Origin: Longimicrobiales bacterium
Lineage (GTDB): Bacteria > Gemmatimonadota > Gemmatimonadetes > Longimicrobiales > Gaopeijiaceae
Assembly (NCBI GenBank): GCA_965202805.1
Contig: OZ241869.1
Location: 3,776,001-3,840,000 of the forward strand
Reading direction: 5' to 3'
DNA length: 64,000 nt
The notes under the pieces were generated by a model. It made no database searches, was not told where the DNA came from, and was given only the letters and a program-made list of their open reading frames with translations. Made by a program: the position numbers and the translations under genes. Below, in pieces: positions 31,808-41,594 of this stretch (within the stretch, counting starts at the first letter, position 1; the number at the start of each line of letters is the position of its first letter).

Positions 31808-33814
31808 GTGCCCAGCTTCGAGATTCACTCTTCCTTCCGTCCCGCGGGAGACCAGCCTTCGGCGATCGGGGAGCTGTCCGCCGCGCTGGAGGGCGGAACC
31901 CGCTTCCAGACGCTGCTGGGGGCGACCGGCACCGGGAAGACCCTCACCATGGCGCACGTCATCCAGAGCCAGGGTCGTCCCACGCTCGTGATGTCCCACA
32001 ACAAGACTCTGGCGGCCCAGCTCTACGGGGAGCTGAAGGCGCTCTTCCCCGTCAATGCGGTCGAGTATTTCGTCTCCTACTACGACTATTACCAGCCGGA
32101 AGCGTACGTCCCCTCCACGGACACCTACATCGAGAAGGACGCAAGCATCAACGAGGACATCGACCGGCTGCGTCTCCGGTCCACTTCCTCCCTGTTCGAG
32201 CGGGACGACGTCATCGTGGTGGCGTCGGTTTCCTGCATCTACGGCCTCGGCAATCCGGCCGACTACCGTTCCCTCATGCTGGAAGTCCGCGTCGGAGAGG
32301 TCGTGCCGCGCGACGAGCTGCTGCGGGCGTTGGTCGACATCCAATACAGCCGCAACGACTTCGCGTTCGAGCGCGGCACCTTCAGGGTCCGGGGCGACAC
32401 CGTGGAGATTCTCCCCGCCTATGAGGAGCAGGGTATCCGCATCGAGCTGTGGGGGGACGAAATCGAGCGGATCACCCGTTTCGAGCCCCTCACGGGGGAT
32501 GGCATCGTATCCCTGAACCGCACCGCCATCTATCCCGCCAGCCATTATGTCACGCACCGGCGCACCCTGGAGGAGGCGGTGCCCCTGATCCGCGACGAAC
32601 TGGCCGATCAACTGCACCGCTTTCGCAGGGCGGGCAAGCTGCTGGAGGCGCAGCGGCTCGAATCCCGCACCAACTTCGACATCGAAATGATGCTCGAGGT
32701 GGGCACCTGCCCCGGCATCGAGAACTACTCGCGCTTCATCAGCCGTCGCGAGGCGGGGGAACGGCCGTCCTGCCTCCTGGACTACTTCCCGGACCGTTTC
32801 CTCACCATCGTCGACGAGTCGCACGTGTCCCTCCCGCAGATCCGCGGGATGTTCAACGGCGACAAGGCGCGCAAGGATACCCTGGTCGAGTTCGGCTTTC
32901 GGCTGCCCAGCGCGCTCGACAATCGGCCGCTCCGGTACGACGAGTGGGAATCCGTTCTGGATCAGGCGATCTTCGTCTCGGCCACCCCCGGCGACATGGA
33001 ACTGGGGCTGTCACGGGGCGTCGTGGTGGAACAGATCATCCGCCCCACCGGGCTGGTCGACCCGGAGGTGGAGGTGCGTCCGGTGCGCGGCCAGGTCGAC
33101 GATCTGCTCGCCGAGATCCACGAGCGGGCCGCCCGCGGGGAACGCATCCTGGTCACCACCCTCACCAAGCGCATGGCGGAGGACCTCTCCGAGTACCTGC
33201 AGTCGCTGGGGGTGCGGGTCCGCTACATGCACTCGGAGATCAACACCATCGACCGTGTGGACATCCTGCGCGCCCTGCGGCTCGGCGCAATCGACGTGCT
33301 GGTGGGCATCAACCTGCTGCGCGAGGGTCTCGATCTGCCGGAGGTGTCCCTTGTCGCCATTCTCGACGCCGACAAGGAGGGATTCCTGCGCGATGCCCGT
33401 TCGCTGATCCAGACCATCGGCCGGGCCGCCCGCAACGTCCGCGGCACGGCGATCCTGTATGCCGACACCATCACCGAATCGATGGCGAGGTGCCTCGATG
33501 AGACCAATCGGCGACGCGAGATTCAGATGGCCTACAACAGGGAACATCGGATCACCCCGGAAACCATCGTGAAGAGCGTGGAGGAGATCGAGTTCAGCAC
33601 CCGCGTGGCGGATGCGCGCGAGAAGCCGGCCGCCCTGGTGGCCGAACCGCAGCCGGGCTATTCGGACGAAGTCAACCGCGAAGAATACGTGAAGATTCTG
33701 GAGGAGGAGATGAACCGGGCCTCGGACGCGCTCGAGTTCGAGCGGGCCGCGATGCTGCGGGACCGGTTGTTCGAACTCCGCGTGTCGCTCGAAGGCGAGG
33801 GCGCGAAGAGGTGA
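31808..33814 (+). CDS. uvrB: Excinuclease ABC subunit B
   Basis: [42 protein letters not shown]. Confidence 0.99.
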   Translation: MPSFEIHSSFRPAGDQPSAIGELSAALEGGTRFQTLLGATGTGKTLTMAHVIQSQGRPTLVMSHNKTLAAQLYGELKALFPVNAVEYFVSYYDYYQPEAYVPSTDTYIEKDASINEDIDRLRLRSTSSLFERDDVIVVASVSCIYGLGNPADYRSLMLEVRVGEVVPRDELLRALVDIQYSRNDFAFERGTFRVRGDTVEILPAYEEQGIRIELWGDEIERITRFEPLTGDGIVSLNRTAIYPASHYVTHRRTLEEAVPLIRDELADQLHRFRRAGKLLEAQRLESRTNFDIEMMLEVGTCPGIENYSRFISRREAGERPSCLLDYFPDRFLTIVDESHVSLPQIRGMFNGDKARKDTLVEFGFRLPSALDNRPLRYDEWESVLDQAIFVSATPGDMELGLSRGVVVEQIIRPTGLVDPEVEVRPVRGQVDDLLAEIHERAARGERILVTTLTKRMAEDLSEYLQSLGVRVRYMHSEINTIDRVDILRALRLGAIDVLVGINLLREGLDLPEVSLVAILDADKEGFLRDARSLIQTIGRAARNVRGTAILYADTITESMARCLDETNRRREIQMAYNREHRITPETIVKSVEEIEFSTRVADAREKPAALVAEPQPGYSDEVNREEYVKILEEEMNRASDALEFERAAMLRDRLFELRVSLEGEGAKR

Positions 33815-34305
33815 ACGCGATGCCCCCCGACACCGCGGGAGTCCCGGTGGCCGAGCCGCAGATGGTGCTGAGCGAGGAGGAGTTGGCGCGTTGGGGGAAG
33901 CGCATCGGGTCCTCGGTCAGGCCTCCGGTGTTTCTCATGCTGCGCGGACCGGTGGGCGCCGGGAAGTCGGTCCTTGCAAGGGCGGTCGCCCGGGGAGCCG
34001 GGGTGCGCGGGGCCGTGCCCTCGCCGACCTTCAACCTGGTCTTCCGTTATCCGGGCGTGAGGGGACGAACCATCGTGCACATGGATCTGTATCGTCTGAA
34101 CGACGAGTCCGAACTCGCGGAACTGGGCTGGTTCGAGCTGGGCGGCAGGGGTGAGATCGTGATCGTCGAATGGCCCGAGAGAGCGCGCGCCGTTCTTCCC
34201 GGGGACCGCTGGGAGATCTCCCTGAACGCGCCTGCACCCGGCGCCACCGTGCGCGCGGTGGAGGTCCTGCGCAGGGGAAACCCGCCCGGGTTGCCGAATC
34301 GATGA
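33811..34305 (+). CDS. tsaE: tRNA threonylcarbamoyladenosine biosynthesis ATPase
   Basis: [24 protein letters not shown]. Confidence 0.96.
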   Translation: MNAMPPDTAGVPVAEPQMVLSEEELARWGKRIGSSVRPPVFLMLRGPVGAGKSVLARAVARGAGVRGAVPSPTFNLVFRYPGVRGRTIVHMDLYRLNDESELAELGWFELGGRGEIVIVEWPERARAVLPGDRWEISLNAPAPGATVRAVEVLRRGNPPGLPNR

Positions 34306-35063
34306 ACGAACGCAGCCGCATGATTCTCGCCTTCGACACCTCGTCGCGCCTGGGGTCGGTCATCGTGACCGCGAACGGCACGGTGCTCGCGCGCGCCTTC
34401 CTGCGCAGTCCGCGCCGGCACGCCGCCCGCCTGTTGCCCGCCATTCGGGGCGTGCTCGTGGCCTCGGGCGCCCAGCTGGGTGATCTGGCGGCCATCGTCG
34501 TGGGAAGTGGCCCGGGGTCCTTTACCGGCGTGCGCGTGGCGGCGGCGACCGCCAAGGGGCTGACGGAGGGATGCGGTGTGCCGATATGGAGCTACTCCAG
34601 CCTGGCGGCCGCCGCGGCTTCGGAAGGGGTGTGGCTGCCCGCCGGCTGGTCCGGACCGGCCGGATGGCGCAAGGGACAGGAGGACCGGGCGGTGGAGCCT
34701 CCCGAGCCCGGCACTCCCTGCTACGTCCTCTTCGACGCGCGCGGCGACCGGGTGTACGCGGGCTGCTTCCGGGTGGGCCCCGCCTCCGTCGATGTCCTGG
34801 TCCCTCCGACCGCCACGCGCCTGGGCGAAGTGTTGTCCTCGTCCGTCCCGGAAGGCGCGGTCTTCACGGGCGACGGCGCATTTCGCCACGCGGCGGCGAT
34901 CGGGCGGCGCGGCTGGCGTGTTGTCCCGCCCCCGGTCGGACTGCCCACCGCCGAAGGGCTCGCCCGCCTCTTCACGCTCATGCCCGGGCCACCCGTGGAA
35001 GACGCGCGCGCGTGGGAGCCGGAGTACCTGCGTCCCTGGAGAGCCGGCGGTGCCGGACCGTGA
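34302..35063 (+). CDS. tsaB: tRNA threonylcarbamoyltransferase complex subunit TsaB
   Basis: ILAFDTS, GPGSFTGVRV, DAR..VY, EPEYLR. Confidence 0.95.
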   Translation: MNERSRMILAFDTSSRLGSVIVTANGTVLARAFLRSPRRHAARLLPAIRGVLVASGAQLGDLAAIVVGSGPGSFTGVRVAAATAKGLTEGCGVPIWSYSSLAAAAASEGVWLPAGWSGPAGWRKGQEDRAVEPPEPGTPCYVLFDARGDRVYAGCFRVGPASVDVLVPPTATRLGEVLSSSVPEGAVFTGDGAFRHAAAIGRRGWRVVPPPVGLPTAEGLARLFTLMPGPPVEDARAWEPEYLRPWRAGGAGP

Positions 35064-35192
35064 TCGCCGGGCCCGGACACGCCAGGATCCCGCGGAGCGA
35101 GCGGGGGTAGTGTGTCCCGGATTTCGCCAACGCCCGGGCCGCTGTCCATTCCCGGCCCCCGTCACCCTGAAGAGCCGGAGGACTGAACCTCA

Positions 35193-35915
35193 ATGACCGT
35201 GGTCGGGATCCTTGCGCTGCAGAGCCGCCCCCCGGCAACCTTGCTGGACATGGTCGTCGGGGCGAGCGCGCCCACCCTTGTGGTGCTGGCCGTGCTCGGG
35301 GTGTTTTCCCTGGCGAGCTGGTACGTGATCGGCTGGAAGTACCTCCAGTTTCGTCAGGTGCGGACCCAGGGAAACCACTTCCTGGACGCGGTGTCCAATG
35401 CGCGGGGGCTCGAGGAGGCCTATACCGCGATCCTGGCCCTTCCGGAATCCCCCTACGGCCGTCTCTTCCGACACGGGGTGAACTTCTTCAGCGAGTTGCG
35501 GCCGGGGGCGCTGCGCGAAGGCGTGCCCGCAAGGGAGGGATTGACCCAGGTCGAGCTGGAGACGCTTCGGATGGTGCTGCAGAAGGAGGAATCCGACGAG
35601 CGCGACGACCTTGCCCACGGCCTCACCTGGCTCGCGGTCATCGGCTCCATCTCGCCCCTGCTGGGACTGATGGGAACCGTGATCGGCATCATGAACACCT
35701 TCCGGGGGATCACCGCGAGCGGCTCGGCGAACATCGCCGCCGTGGCCCCGGGGGTGGCGGAGGCGCTGGTGACCACCGTTACCGGGCTCTTCGTCGCCAT
35801 CCCCGCGGTCATCGCCTACAACTACTATGTTTCGCGGTTGAACCTGGTCACGGGCGAGCTTGAGGGGTTCTCCAGCGAGTTCATCGGGACGCTCGCCCGG
35901 GAGGGCCACGTTTGA
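35193..35915 (+). CDS. tolQ: MotA/TolQ/ExbB proton channel protein
   Basis: SPLLGLMGTVIGIM, VAPGVAEAL..T..GL.VAIPA; tol-pal context. Confidence 0.9.
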   Translation: MTVVGILALQSRPPATLLDMVVGASAPTLVVLAVLGVFSLASWYVIGWKYLQFRQVRTQGNHFLDAVSNARGLEEAYTAILALPESPYGRLFRHGVNFFSELRPGALREGVPAREGLTQVELETLRMVLQKEESDERDDLAHGLTWLAVIGSISPLLGLMGTVIGIMNTFRGITASGSANIAAVAPGVAEALVTTVTGLFVAIPAVIAYNYYVSRLNLVTGELEGFSSEFIGTLAREGHV

Positions 35916-36349
35916 GCCACGACAGCCGGGCCCGGGGACGCCGCGAGGATCTGCCGCTGCGCGCGGAGATCAACGTGACCTCCCTCGTGGATGTCGCCTT
36001 CACGCTGCTGGTGATCTTCATCATCACGGCCCCCATCCTGCAGGGGGGCATCGAGGTGGGCGTGCCGCGCGCCGACGTGGCTCCCCTGACCGCGGACGAG
36101 GAGCCCCTGATCCTCGACGTTCTCGCCAACGGGGAGATCCGGCTCTCCGAGACGGTCGTGCCCTACGAGAACCTCGAGGGCGTGCTTGCCCAGGCGGTGA
36201 ACGCGCGGAACGTGGGGCAGATCTACATTCGGGGTGACTCCCTTGCGTACCATGGCGATATGGTGCGGGTGTTCGCGAAGGTCCAGGACCTGGCGCGACA
36301 GGAGGGAATCGGCTTCGCGATCGTGGCCGAGCCCGACGCGAGCCGATAG
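35912..36349 (+). CDS. tolR: ExbD/TolR protein
   Basis: EINVTSLVDVAFTLLVIFIITAP, RGD. Confidence 0.9.
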   Translation: MSHDSRARGRREDLPLRAEINVTSLVDVAFTLLVIFIITAPILQGGIEVGVPRADVAPLTADEEPLILDVLANGEIRLSETVVPYENLEGVLAQAVNARNVGQIYIRGDSLAYHGDMVRVFAKVQDLARQEGIGFAIVAEPDASR

Positions 36350-36357
36350 CACGGGGA

Positions 36358-37119
36358 GTGGCGGTGGGCCGAAGCGCGCGAAGGCGAAGGGGCGGACCGG
36401 GTCGATCCCCGGTCTTCTTCTCGGTTGGCCTCCATGGCTTCTTCCTGATGCTGGTCGTGGCGACCAACATGCCGCCCGAGCCGGTACAGCTCGTGACCAT
36501 TCAGCTGGAACTGGTCGCCATGCCCGCGCCCGCTGCCGAGGTCGAACCCGCCCCGGCTCCCGAGGAGGAGGAGCTCACCGTCGACACCCCCGAGCCCGAG
36601 CCGCTTCCGGAGGAGGAAACGGCAGCGGTACTGGAAGACGAACCCGAGCCCGAGCCCGAACCGCGCCCCGACGCCCCCGACCCGGAACCGGAGATTCGGC
36701 CGGTGGAGGATGAAGCGGAGCCGGCTCCCCTGGACGAACCCAACACCGGCACGGACGATCTGGATGTCCGCATGAGGGGCGTGGAACGGGATTTTCCACA
36801 GTACTACGCCAACATGCAGCGGCAGATGCGGCGCTGCTTCCGTCCGCCGGGGAGAGCCGATCTGACCGCTTCGGTGGACTTCGTGCTCGACCGGGAGGGC
36901 AGGGTGATCGACACGACGGTGCGCATTTCCGAGACATCGGGGAGCGTCGTCTTCAATCTGGCCGTCCAGGAGGCCGTCGAATGCGCCGGAGGTGGACGCT
37001 TTGGTCCGCTGCCGCCGGAGATGGGGCTTGAACACGCGCCGTTCCGGTTCACGTTCAGCCCGGCGCGCCGCCGGCCGCCGGCATCACCGGACCGTCAAGA
37101 GTCGGCTCCGGTAAATTAG
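36358..37119 (+). CDS. tolA: TolA/TonB-family energy transducer
   Basis: TM helix SVGLH, Glu-Pro-rich linker, C-terminal SG..FN.A...PLP domain; lies between tolR and tolB. Confidence 0.8.
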   Translation: MAVGRSARRRRGGPGRSPVFFSVGLHGFFLMLVVATNMPPEPVQLVTIQLELVAMPAPAAEVEPAPAPEEEELTVDTPEPEPLPEEETAAVLEDEPEPEPEPRPDAPDPEPEIRPVEDEAEPAPLDEPNTGTDDLDVRMRGVERDFPQYYANMQRQMRRCFRPPGRADLTASVDFVLDREGRVIDTTVRISETSGSVVFNLAVQEAVECAGGGRFGPLPPEMGLEHAPFRFTFSPARRRPPASPDRQESAPVN

Positions 37120-37132
37120 AGAGGAGCGCCAT

Positions 37133-38563
37133 ATGAGGACCGCCTTCCGGACTGCAAGCGACATCCTGCGCCGTGCCCCGGCCAGGGCCGGGCAGGCCCT
37201 GCGAGGAAGCACGGTGCTCCTGGCGCTCGCGCTGGCGACCAGCGCCGGCCAGGCGGCTGCCCAGGTCGACACCATCCCGGGAACGGTTCGCCACCTGGGG
37301 GTGGTCTACGAGAGCTATGTGCCCACCCTGGCGATCAGCCCCTTCACGGGCCGCTTCGGCGGTCTGACGGTCGCGCCCCGGGTCGAAGCCGTGATCGCCC
37401 GCGACCTGCGCTACAGCGACCGGTTCGAGATGATGGACTCGATTCCGCTCGCGCCCGGCGGCGGAGCGGTGGACTACGGCCTGTGGGACCAGTTCGGCGC
37501 CGACTGGCTCGTGACCGGACAGGTCGAGGGGCTGGGCAACCGCTTCGTGCTGGTCCTGGAACTTCACGACGTCGTCTTCTCGGAAGTCAGGGAACGGGCT
37601 CGCTTTTCGCTTCCGCGCCCCGACGCGGAGGACTTCCGCATGGCGATCCACGCGATCTCCGACGATGTCGTCCGATGGATTACCGGCGAGCCCGGGATGG
37701 CCGCCAGCCGGATCTGCTTTTCCATGGAATCGGCCTCCGGTTCCCAGGAACTCTACGTGGTCGACTCGGACGGCGAGAACCTGCGGCGGCTCACCAGCTT
37801 CAACTCCCTCACCATGTCCTGTTCGTGGTCCCCGGACGGCTCCCGCCTGGCCTTTCTGTCGTTCGCAAGCGGGGATCCGGCCATCCACGAGATGGAACTG
37901 GCCACGAGGCAGACACGGGTCATCGAGTTCAATCGCACCGGGCAGCCCATGACGCCGGTGTATCACCCGAACGGGGAGGAGATTCTCTTTTCCCTGGCAG
38001 ACGGCGCCGAGAGCGGTCTCTTTTCCTGGCGCGTCCGGGAGAACTGCTGCCTCTGGCGCCTCACCGGGGGGCGCTGGAACGATCTGTCGCCCTCGTTTTC
38101 GCCGGACGGCAGGCGCCTGGCCTTCAACTCCAATCGGCTGGGCCTCGCGATCCCGCAGATCTACGTGATGCCGGCCGAGGCCGGCGGCCGCCCGGATCTG
38201 GTATCCCCCTACCTCTACGGGCAGGGCGGCTACTATACCTCGCCGGACTGGGCCCCCTCCGGCGACCGGGTCGCGTTCCACGGCCGTTATCGCCGGGGCA
38301 GCTACCACATCCTCATCGCCGATGTGGCGGCACAGGGACAACGGCTGCTGCAGCTCACCTACGAGGGCAACAACGAGGATCCCAGCTGGGCGCCCGACGG
38401 CCGGCACCTGGTCTTCGTCGGAGAACGGGACTGGGGATTCGGGCTCTTCGTCGTAGACACCGTCAGCGGCAGGATCCGTCCCGTGCTCGCGGGCGTGAGG
38501 CCGCGCGTGCCCGACTGGTCGCCCAGTCTGGCTTCCAGCCAGCCCCCGACCCGGGAGAACTGA
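37133..38563 (+). CDS. tolB: Tol-Pal beta-propeller protein TolB
   Basis: Signal peptide, DL.YS N-domain, repeated WSPDG/FSPDG/WAPDG PD40 blades. Confidence 0.93.
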   Translation: MRTAFRTASDILRRAPARAGQALRGSTVLLALALATSAGQAAAQVDTIPGTVRHLGVVYESYVPTLAISPFTGRFGGLTVAPRVEAVIARDLRYSDRFEMMDSIPLAPGGGAVDYGLWDQFGADWLVTGQVEGLGNRFVLVLELHDVVFSEVRERARFSLPRPDAEDFRMAIHAISDDVVRWITGEPGMAASRICFSMESASGSQELYVVDSDGENLRRLTSFNSLTMSCSWSPDGSRLAFLSFASGDPAIHEMELATRQTRVIEFNRTGQPMTPVYHPNGEEILFSLADGAESGLFSWRVRENCCLWRLTGGRWNDLSPSFSPDGRRLAFNSNRLGLAIPQIYVMPAEAGGRPDLVSPYLYGQGGYYTSPDWAPSGDRVAFHGRYRRGSYHILIADVAAQGQRLLQLTYEGNNEDPSWAPDGRHLVFVGERDWGFGLFVVDTVSGRIRPVLAGVRPRVPDWSPSLASSQPPTREN

Positions 38564-38694
38564 GCCGGCGATCCGCCATGCGTGAGCAGGCCCCCCCGGG
38601 GATGTTGCGCGCGGGCGTCCGATTTCGTAGGTATATGGCTAATTCGGGCGCATGCTTGGTACTCGACACCGACCCCCATATTCCAGGAGTAGCG

Positions 38695-39279
38695 ATGTTG
38701 CACCGCAGTCTCATCATATCCGTCGTCGCGGCCGGACTTTTCGTCGCCTCGTGCGGACAGGAGGAGATTCCTCCTCCCCCACCGCCGCCCGTCGAGGAAG
38801 GCCCGAACCAGGATTCGATCGACGCGGCTCGCAGAGCGGCGGAAGAGGCGGCCCGCAGGGCGGCCGAAGAGGAGGCTCGCCGTGCCGCCGCGCTTGAAGC
38901 CGCGCGCGAGGCCCTCACCGCGATGGTCTTCTTCGACTTCGACATGGCGGAGATTCGCAGCGACGCCGAAGGCGTGCTCCAGCGCAAGCTCCGCGTACTG
39001 CGCGCGAGCCCCGCGGTCCAGCTTCGCATCGAGGGACACGCGGACGAGCGCGGATCCTCGGAGTACAATCTGGCCCTGGGCAGCCGGCGCGCCGAAGCGG
39101 TGCGCCAGTTCTTCGTCAATGCCGGGCTCGCCGAATCCCGCTTCGACGTTCGTTCCTACGGCGAAGAACAGCCCCGCGAGATGGGCAGCAACGAAGAGTC
39201 CTGGGCGCAGAACCGGCGCGACGAGTTCGTGATCACGGCCGGAGGCAATCAGATCCAGGTTCCGGGCGGCGACCGGTAG
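38695..39279 (+). CDS. pal: Peptidoglycan-associated lipoprotein (OmpA-like domain)
   Basis: Lipobox VASC, FFDFD, IEGHADERGSSEYNLALG.RRA, SYGEE.P, NRR; AGGAG before ATG 38695. Confidence 0.96.
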   Translation: MLHRSLIISVVAAGLFVASCGQEEIPPPPPPPVEEGPNQDSIDAARRAAEEAARRAAEEEARRAAALEAAREALTAMVFFDFDMAEIRSDAEGVLQRKLRVLRASPAVQLRIEGHADERGSSEYNLALGSRRAEAVRQFFVNAGLAESRFDVRSYGEEQPREMGSNEESWAQNRRDEFVITAGGNQIQVPGGDR

Positions 39280-39311
39280 TCGCCCCACCCGGAATCGGCC
39301 TGGCCGGGTAC

Positions 39312-40085
39312 GTGCGTCGGGATACGACCGCCGTGCCGCGACATGTCTTCCTGATCGCCCTGATCGGGGTGCTGGCGGGTGCGGGGTGCGCCACCAAGGG
39401 GGACATCCGCGTTCTGCAGGAGGAGGTGGGCGCGCTCGCCGACCGCCAGGCGAGGGAACTGGCGGGGTTCGAGTCGCTGGTTCGTGCCAGCCAGGACACC
39501 CTTTCAGGCCAGACCGGTCTCTATCTGGAGTTGCGCCGCGAGGTGCTGCAGCGGCTCGATGAACTCCTCCAGCAGATGCTGATCCTCGTCGAGGTCGAGG
39601 GCCAGAGCCAGCGAGCCCTGGCCTCCCTGCGCGACCAGGTCGAAATGATGCAGCGGGCCCCGGTCGTCGTTCAGGACTCGGCCGACGTCGGGCTTCCGTT
39701 GGAGGATGTCGAAGGGCCCGACGCGCATTTCGAGGCGGCCCTGCTGATGTACAACCGGGGCTCGAACGTCACGGCGCGCCGCGCTTTCGACGAGTTCCTC
39801 GCCACCTACCCGAATCACGAACTCGCCGGGGACGCGACCTTCTTCCTTTCCGACCTCGACCTGCAGGAGGAACGCCTCGAGGACGCGATCGAGGGGTTCA
39901 TGCGCGTACCCATGATGTACCCGGACTCCCCGAGGGTTCCGGAGGCGCTCTACCGTGCCGCGCTTCTCCACGACGAGCTCGGAGACACCGAAGAGGCGCG
40001 CAACCTGCTTGAACGGGTGATCGGCGGGTTCCCGGACTCCAACGTCGCGGAACTCGCGCAGCAGAAACTTCAGGAAATCCCCTAG
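39312..40085 (+). CDS. cpoB: Tol-Pal TPR protein YbgF/CpoB
   Basis: Lipobox-like AGAGC, coiled coil, C-terminal TPRs (YP.H.LA, YPDS, FPDS); follows pal. Confidence 0.85.
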   Translation: MRRDTTAVPRHVFLIALIGVLAGAGCATKGDIRVLQEEVGALADRQARELAGFESLVRASQDTLSGQTGLYLELRREVLQRLDELLQQMLILVEVEGQSQRALASLRDQVEMMQRAPVVVQDSADVGLPLEDVEGPDAHFEAALLMYNRGSNVTARRAFDEFLATYPNHELAGDATFFLSDLDLQEERLEDAIEGFMRVPMMYPDSPRVPEALYRAALLHDELGDTEEARNLLERVIGGFPDSNVAELAQQKLQEIP

Positions 40086-40182
40086 ACGGGTCCGGGGAGC
40101 GGCCGGTCACCGGCGGGCCGCGAGATGGCTGTCGGGTCGACCGGCGCTGCCCGCCAGCGGAGTTCCCTCCGGGAGGTGCGGG

Positions 40183-40680
40183 ATGCGGTGTCCTCACTGT
40201 GGCAGCCGCGAGAATCACGTGGTCGATACGCGCTCGACCGGGCAGGGACAGGCTGTTCGCCGCCGCCGGGAATGCAAGGAGTGCGGTGGCCGATTCACGA
40301 CCTACGAGTACATCCAGGAGCGGCCCCTGAGGGTCCTTAAGACCCGTGGCGACTCCGAGGACTTCGAACGCGCGAAACTCGTGCGCAGCATTCAGGTGGC
40401 CTGTGCCAAGCGCCCCGTTTCCCCTTCCACCATCGACGCCATCGCCGGGAACATCCAGTACACGCTCACCGTGGAAGGGGGCGGTGAGGTCCGGAGTTCG
40501 CGCATCGGCGAGATGGTGATGGAAGCGCTCAAGCCGCTGGACCGGGTTGCCTACGTCCGCTTCGCGTCCGTCTACAGGAACTTCCAGGATATCCAAGAGT
40601 TCCAAGAGATGATCGCGGACCTGAACCTCCGGCGGGAACGCAGCCTTCGGGCCAGGGACCAGGTCGAGCTTCCGATCTGA
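40183..40680 (+). CDS. nrdR: Transcriptional repressor NrdR
   Basis: MRCPHC...RRRRECKEC..RFTTYE, ATP cone, VAYVRFASVY. Confidence 0.98.
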   Translation: MRCPHCGSRENHVVDTRSTGQGQAVRRRRECKECGGRFTTYEYIQERPLRVLKTRGDSEDFERAKLVRSIQVACAKRPVSPSTIDAIAGNIQYTLTVEGGGEVRSSRIGEMVMEALKPLDRVAYVRFASVYRNFQDIQEFQEMIADLNLRRERSLRARDQVELPI

Positions 40681-40790
40681 CGCGCGCGCGGAACGTCGGC
40701 GGAGGCCGGCTGCCGGTGCCATTCCGCCGCCGCCGAGTCATTATCTTTCCGCGATCATCGGTCGGGCCGTAACCCGCGGAGTGTCATCGC

Positions 40791-41591
40791 ATGCCCAGCA
40801 AAACCCCGAACCCTGCCGGAGAGATGCCCTTTCTCGACCACCTCGAGGAGCTTCGCTGGCGTATCCTGTGGAGCCTGCTGGCGATTGCGATCGGTGCCGT
40901 GGTCGGGTTCATGCTCGTCCACTACGGCGGCGCCCTGGACATACTTCTCCAGCCCTACCAGGCGCAGTTCGGCGAGGACCAGATGCTCATCAATCTGAGA
41001 CCTACGGACGCCTTCTTCATCACGATCAAGTTCGGAATCCTGGTGGGGGTCATCCTCGTCTTCCCGATCGTCGTCTATCACCTCTGGTCTTTCCTGTCGC
41101 CGGCGCTCAAGAAGCAGGAGAAGCGTGTCATCGTGCCGTCCCTCTACATGGGGCTCGTGCTCTTCATCCTCGGCGTCCTGATGGCCTACTACATCGCCCT
41201 GCCGATCAGCTTGGAGTTTCTCACGGGATTCCAGTCGGACATCATGGTTCCCGCCTACACCGCACAATACTACTTCGGGTTTACCATTCAGCTCCTGGTC
41301 GCGTTCGGCGTCATCTTCGAACTGCCGGTCGTGGTCATGATCCTGAGTGTGCTGGGCTTGGTGACTCCCGCGTTCCTGCGCAACAAGCGTAGACACGCCA
41401 TCCTGCTGATCACCATCCTCGCGGCGCTCATCTCCCCGGGCGACGTCATCATGGTGACCGTGCTCATGATGGTGCCGCTCATTATCCTGTACGAGTTCTC
41501 GATCCTGCTCTCGGTCATGATCTACCGGAAGCGGGAGGAGAGGATCGCAGCCGCGGCCGACCCGCCGCCGGACTCCGTTCAGGCGGGGTAG
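40791..41591 (+). CDS. tatC: Twin-arginine translocase subunit TatC
   Basis: EMPFLDHLEELR, FLSPAL...EK, FELP, LYE. Confidence 0.97.
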   Translation: MPSKTPNPAGEMPFLDHLEELRWRILWSLLAIAIGAVVGFMLVHYGGALDILLQPYQAQFGEDQMLINLRPTDAFFITIKFGILVGVILVFPIVVYHLWSFLSPALKKQEKRVIVPSLYMGLVLFILGVLMAYYIALPISLEFLTGFQSDIMVPAYTAQYYFGFTIQLLVAFGVIFELPVVVMILSVLGLVTPAFLRNKRRHAILLITILAALISPGDVIMVTVLMMVPLIILYEFSILLSVMIYRKREERIAAAADPPPDSVQAG

Positions 41592-41594
41592 GCC

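Noticed and set aside
36529..36740. GAGCCC/GAACCC repeats
   Set aside because: They encode the normal Glu-Pro linker of TolA/TonB, not a CRISPR or DNA repeat element
37483..38694. 598-aa ORF suggesting a long N-terminal extension of pal or a tolB-pal frameshift fusion
   Set aside because: The extension is off-frame Arg/Pro/Gly-rich sequence over tolB; pal has its own SD, ATG 38695 and lipobox
38818..38910. Repeated AARRAAEEE motif in pal
   Set aside because: Ordinary low-complexity helical linker
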